Shown: one piece after another, positions 34,582-38,356 of the stretch
Layout: each line of letters begins with the position of its first letter
How positions within the stretch are numbered: position 1 is the first letter of the stretch
Source: Acidobacteriota bacterium
GTDB lineage: Bacteria; Acidobacteriota; UBA6911; RPQK01; JADFOI01
DNA: 38,356 nt
Direction: 5' to 3'
NCBI GenBank assembly: GCA_036445815.1
Contig: JAZFRU010000208.1
Span: 1-38,356 of the forward strand
Translations under genes and position numbers: made by a program
Notes under the pieces: model-generated
What the model saw: only the letters and a program-made list of their open reading frames with translations
Database searches by the model: none
Told to the model about the DNA's origin: nothing

Positions 34582-36516
34582 CTAAGTGCTGGTCAGGAAG
34601 TAATACAAAATGATCAGGACAGCGCCTCCCATAATCCAGGTGGCATAGACGCGAGCGTAGCCATTTTGCATGCGCTTGATCGTGTGACTGCAGGACTGCA
34701 TGAGCGTTGCGGTGCCGTTGACCAACCCATCGATTACGCCGACGTCAATCACTTTCCAGAGTACGCCCTGGGAGACCCTTCGAATCGGATTGACCAGCAA
34801 TGAATCATACAACTCATCCACGAAGAACTTCTGCTCGATGATTCTGTGCAGCCTCGAGAACCGGTGCGCAAGATCCTCGGGTATTTGCCGATTGCGGACA
34901 TAGCACTGATAGGCTGCAAAGAAACCCATCGCGGCGACCGCGATGGCGACCAGGGTGAGGAGGACTTCTTCGGTATGGCTGTGTTCCATCGCCGGTTCCT
35001 GCAGGACCCATTGAAACGACGGTGCCAGGAATTCTTCCAGCCGATTGTCTCCTAGATAGCCCGGCAGCCCGACATATCCTGCCAGGACAGAAAAGAAGGC
35101 CAGAATCATCAGTGGAAGGGTCACCAGCAGTGAGGGTTCCTGGGGTGGTGGATGGGATTCAGCATTGACTGTAAATCGCTCTTGTCCGTGAAAAGTGAGA
35201 AACATCAGACGTGACATGTAGAAGGCCGTCAAGCCAGCGACCAGGACACCTCCCAGCCACAGGGCCGTATGACCCTGAGGACTGGAATAAGCTTCCCAGA
35301 GGATTTGATCCTTGGAGAAAAATCCGGAGAAAAAAGGGGCGCCACCAATCGCCAGTGTCGCGATCCACATGGAGACAAAGGTCACACGCAGATACTTGCG
35401 AAGGCCTCCCATTTTGAAAAGGTCCTGTTCGTGATGAAGCGCCAGAATGACACTTCCGGAACCCAGAAAGAGGAGGGCTTTAAAGAAAGCGTGGGTGATC
35501 AGATGAAAGATGCCGGCGCTGAAGGCCCCAACTCCGACCGCCACGAACATGTATCCCAGCTGGCTGATGGTGGAATAGGCTAGAACCTTCTTGATGTCTT
35601 TTTGTACCAGAGCAACCAGGGCTGCCAGCAGGGCAGTGACCATTCCTACTACAGCGATGATGAGAAGGGTTTCAGGAGCCCGGCTGTACAGAGGCGCCGA
35701 GCGAGCGATCATGTAAATTCCTGCCGTGACCATGGTGGCAGCGTGGATCAGTGCGCTGACCGGAGTCGGTCCCTCCATGGCATCGGGGAGCCAGATGTAA
35801 AGGGGAATTTGGGCACTTTTCCCGGTGGCTCCCACAAACAGCAGCAGGGTGATGGCCCCCACGGAAAGCGTGGCCGCCGAAGCAGGGGAACTGGCCACCG
35901 ATGCGAAGATTGAATGGTATTCAAAGGTTCCAAAGGAGCGGAAAATCAAGAAAACTCCCAGGATGAAACCTACATCACCTACACGGTTGACGATGAAGGC
36001 TTTCTTGGCAGCATCGCCCGCACCTTGCTTCTGAAAGTAGTATCCGATCAGTAAGAAAGAACAGAGTCCTACTCCCTCCCAGCCGACAAACATCAACAGG
36101 TAATTGTCGGCCAGGACCAGCACACTCATCATCAAGATGAAGAGATTCAGATAGGCGAAATAACGATAGTATCCCGATTCTTCGGCCAGGTATTCGACCG
36201 AGTATAGGTGAATGAGAAAGCCAACTCCCGTGATGACCAGGATCATCACCATGGAGAGCGGATCAAGGAGGAATGAGAACTTTGCAACCAGGCTTCCCGA
36301 TTCGATCCAGGTGAAAAGATGAACGGAAACTGCACGCGCATTCTGAGGGAGTTGAATCAACTCCCAAAAGGCCAGCACTGCCACCAAAAAGCTCAGGCCT
36401 GAAGCGGAGCAAGCCACCCAGGCGATTACCCGATGAGAGAATCTCCGGCCCAGGATGCCGTTAACTGCGGCGCCGAGCAGAGGGAATAGAATAATAATCC
36501 AGTAGTTTTCCAGCAC
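34582..36516 (-). CDS. nuoL: NADH-quinone oxidoreductase subunit L
   Basis: 644 aa with NuoL blocks (FVGWEGVGLCSFLLIGYY, WLPDAMEGPTPVSALIHAATMVTAG) and a long C-terminal lateral-helix region. Confidence 0.9.
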   Translation of the reverse strand: MLENYWIIILFPLLGAAVNGILGRRFSHRVIAWVACSASGLSFLVAVLAFWELIQLPQNARAVSVHLFTWIESGSLVAKFSFLLDPLSMVMILVITGVGFLIHLYSVEYLAEESGYYRYFAYLNLFILMMSVLVLADNYLLMFVGWEGVGLCSFLLIGYYFQKQGAGDAAKKAFIVNRVGDVGFILGVFLIFRSFGTFEYHSIFASVASSPASAATLSVGAITLLLFVGATGKSAQIPLYIWLPDAMEGPTPVSALIHAATMVTAGIYMIARSAPLYSRAPETLLIIAVVGMVTALLAALVALVQKDIKKVLAYSTISQLGYMFVAVGVGAFSAGIFHLITHAFFKALLFLGSGSVILALHHEQDLFKMGGLRKYLRVTFVSMWIATLAIGGAPFFSGFFSKDQILWEAYSSPQGHTALWLGGVLVAGLTAFYMSRLMFLTFHGQERFTVNAESHPPPQEPSLLVTLPLMILAFFSVLAGYVGLPGYLGDNRLEEFLAPSFQWVLQEPAMEHSHTEEVLLTLVAIAVAAMGFFAAYQCYVRNRQIPEDLAHRFSRLHRIIEQKFFVDELYDSLLVNPIRRVSQGVLWKVIDVGVIDGLVNGTATLMQSCSHTIKRMQNGYARVYATWIMGGAVLIILYYFLTST

Positions 36517-36519
36517 GCC

Positions 36520-36822
36520 TCACCACTTCATGGTATCGGCTTGGTCGACGTCCAGTGTGTCCGCCCGCCTAGACAAAATGACAATCAGCGCCAATCCTAC
36601 GGCAGCTTCAGCAGCCGCGACTGTCATGACAAAAAGAACAAAGATCTGTCCATCCAACTGGTTGAGAAAACGGGAGAAGGTGATGAAGGTCAAATTGACT
36701 GCATTGAGCATCAACTCAATACACATGAACATGGTGATGACATTCCTTCGAAGGATCACTCCACTGACTCCAATGACAAAAAGAAGAGCGGCGACAACGA
36801 GATAGTGAGTGGAAGGAATCAT
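36520..36822 (-). CDS. nuoK: NADH-quinone oxidoreductase subunit K
   Basis: 100 aa with three TM helices. The sequence CIELMLNAVNLTF...AAAEAAVGLALIV is typical of NuoK. Confidence 0.9.
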   Translation of the reverse strand: MIPSTHYLVVAALLFVIGVSGVILRRNVITMFMCIELMLNAVNLTFITFSRFLNQLDGQIFVLFVMTVAAAEAAVGLALIVILSRRADTLDVDQADTMKW

Positions 36823-36826
36823 TATA

Positions 36827-37348
36827 TTACTCAGGCCGTCGAGTTAAGATCACTGCTCCCAGAACAGCCGATAAAATCAGAATCGACGTGATTTCAAAGG
36901 GCAGAAGATATTCGCGAAAGAGGAGTCGAGCCAGAGACTCGGTGTTGCCGGTCATTTGCAGGGATCCTGCGGTGTGGCCGCCCGCAGATAACGATCGGCT
37001 CGCATTTTCAGACCAGAGGAAGGTCACCTGTATCAGGATAAACGCGAGAGCTGCCGCCAGGGGCACGACCAATATCGGGATCTGCTTGAGGCGATCCGTT
37101 GAGAAGTCCTCGGACTCGGGATCGAGGAGCATGATCACAAACAGGAACAGGACCATGATAGCCCCTGCGTAGACGATGACCTGTACGGCGGCAATAAACT
37201 GAGCATCGAGTTGGAAAAACAGGCCTGCAATGGCCCCAAAACAGACGATGAGCGCCAGGGCGCTGTATATGACGCGGTTCGCGAACACGACCACAAGAGC
37301 AGCAGTCACGCTCGTGGTCGCTAGCCCATAAAAGAGGATATACTCCAC
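36827..37348 (-). CDS. nuoJ: NADH-quinone oxidoreductase subunit J
   Basis: 173 aa with a GTG start. It has the NuoJ block AAVQVIVYAGAIMVLFLFVIMLL and is first in the J-K-L-M-N series. Confidence 0.85.
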   Translation of the reverse strand: MEYILFYGLATTSVTAALVVVFANRVIYSALALIVCFGAIAGLFFQLDAQFIAAVQVIVYAGAIMVLFLFVIMLLDPESEDFSTDRLKQIPILVVPLAAALAFILIQVTFLWSENASRSLSAGGHTAGSLQMTGNTESLARLLFREYLLPFEITSILILSAVLGAVILTRRPE

Positions 37349-37391
37349 GTCAACGCTCTGTGTACAGCAACTTCACTCCCCGTGATGGGGG

Positions 37392-37421
37392 ATCTTATTG
37401 AAGGTTTCCTGACCCTGTCAA
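37392..37421 (-). promoter_or_regulatory. Sigma70-like promoter upstream of nuoJ (TTGACA-18-TAAGAT)
   Basis: The reverse complement of 37392-37421 reads TTGACAgggtcaggaaaccttcaaTAAGAT. It lies 43 nt upstream of the nuoJ GTG, in the 106-nt gap after the receptor gene. Confidence 0.5.
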
Positions 37422-37454
37422 GCAGAACGCCCGCTGGACGGTTGACGTCACCTT

Positions 37455-38356
37455 CTAAAAGATGAACTTCAATGCGAATTGGATCTCTCGCGGAGCAAAG
37501 GCCGTGGTGGACTGTCCAAAAAGGGCACTGTCCAGATCGACCTGAGGAAGGAAGAGATTCACCCGATTCAACAGGTTGAAAAACTCAGCGCGGAACTGCA
37601 GGGTGACATCTTCTTTGGCCGGTATTGTGAAGTTCTTGATAAGTGAAAGATCCATACTCCAAAAAGCGGGACCCGTGAATGTATTCTTTCCCAGGTTCCC
37701 ACTGGTGCCGATTGTAGGACTTGGGAAATCATTGGTCTGGAGCACTCCATCAATAAAGTCGGATGTGCCTGGAGTGTCGTTGAATGTATTGCCAAAGGTG
37801 GGGATATTCGGTCTTTCCGTGGGTTTTCCATCCGCATTGAAGTCTCCCCCTCCACGGCGGCTGGCTCCGTTGATAACGCTGAAAGGAAGGCCTGATTGAA
37901 ACGGAAGAATGGCGTTGAGTTGCCAGCCCCCCAGCAGGTGCCCCAGTGTGCCAGGATGATTTCTCATGAAAGGAACTTCCCAGAGAAAGTTCGTCACAAA
38001 GCGATGACGGATGTCGAAATTGGACCGGCCGTAATCCAGGGCAATGTTGATCGGGTCCACGAAATAGAGACCGGAACCACCGTCATTAGGGCCTGCCCGG
38101 CCAACATCGGAGTTGTAGTCCAAGGACTTTCCGTAGGTATAGCTCATCTGGAAGGATAAGCCCTCCCTAAACCGTTTGATCAACTGAGAATTCAGTCCGT
38201 GGTAGTTGGAGGTAATACGGTTTTGTCGTAGGTTGAAGGTTCCAAAGGAAGGATTGATCAAGTTGGTTCCCGCATCACCTTCGTTGTTGCCCAATGGATC
38301 CGCCTCTCCCAGTAGATCGCCGGCGAAGCGGTTAGGATCGCCGATAAAACTGAGTT
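37455..38356 (-). CDS. TonB-dependent receptor, C-terminal barrel portion (5' end outside window)
   Basis: The frame is open to the window edge. It is rich in beta-strands and aromatic residues, and ends in the terminal signature ...REIQFALKFIF with a C-terminal Phe. The internal Met at 38294 is not the true start. Confidence 0.8.
   Translation of the reverse strand, partial: LSFIGDPNRFAGDLLGEADPLGNNEGDAGTNLINPSFGTFNLRQNRITSNYHGLNSQLIKRFREGLSFQMSYTYGKSLDYNSDVGRAGPNDGGSGLYFVDPINIALDYGRSNFDIRHRFVTNFLWEVPFMRNHPGTLGHLLGGWQLNAILPFQSGLPFSVINGASRRGGGDFNADGKPTERPNIPTFGNTFNDTPGTSDFIDGVLQTNDFPSPTIGTSGNLGKNTFTGPAFWSMDLSLIKNFTIPAKEDVTLQFRAEFFNLLNRVNLFLPQVDLDSALFGQSTTAFAPREIQFALKFIF

Overview
This is a 38.4 kb bacterial chromosomal window, densely coded and moderately GC-rich (GC not computed). 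The lineage is probably Acidobacteriota-like. That is inference from three things: the TonB-dependent receptor C-terminus, the PD40 and cytochrome c architectures, and GC-rich palindromic intergenic repeats.

Positions 1-18.6 kb are housekeeping. They hold the cutA 3' end, tatA, selB, the conserved ffh-rpsP-KH-rimM-trmD-rplS cluster and a thiE-like gene. Next come argS with a tightly coupled unknown secreted protein, larC-metG-tatD with overlapping stops and starts, a polyprenyl diphosphate synthase, and PBP1A.

Positions 18.8-29.2 kb form a co-directional plus-strand accessory block. It holds a glycine-zipper lipoprotein, a small anchored protein, a secreted M29/NicX-like protein, an SDR with a C-terminal extension, and a secreted esterase. 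It continues with a GMC flavoenzyme, a small membrane protein overlapping a sodium:solute symporter, and a cytochrome c fused to a TolB-like propeller.

Positions 29.3-38.4 kb are minus strand. They hold a B12-binding radical SAM enzyme, greA overlapping the end of a stand-alone nuoJKLMN module, and the 3' part of a TonB-dependent receptor.

I found no tRNA or rRNA genes, CRISPR array, transposase, integrase, or recognisable defence or toxin-antitoxin genes.

The main structure not explained by genes is a modular repeat family of three GC-rich hairpins plus tandem 7-nt arrays. It starts within about 10 nt of the stop codon of five plus-strand genes, in different module orders and orientations. 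One locus has a foldback, MITE-like arrangement.

I did not see convincing evidence for a wholly new multi-gene system. The best candidates for follow-up are the repeat family, the heme c-propeller fusion, the orphan class B radical SAM gene and the nuoJKLMN-greA coupling.

All family calls rest on motifs read by eye from the supplied translations. No database search was run.
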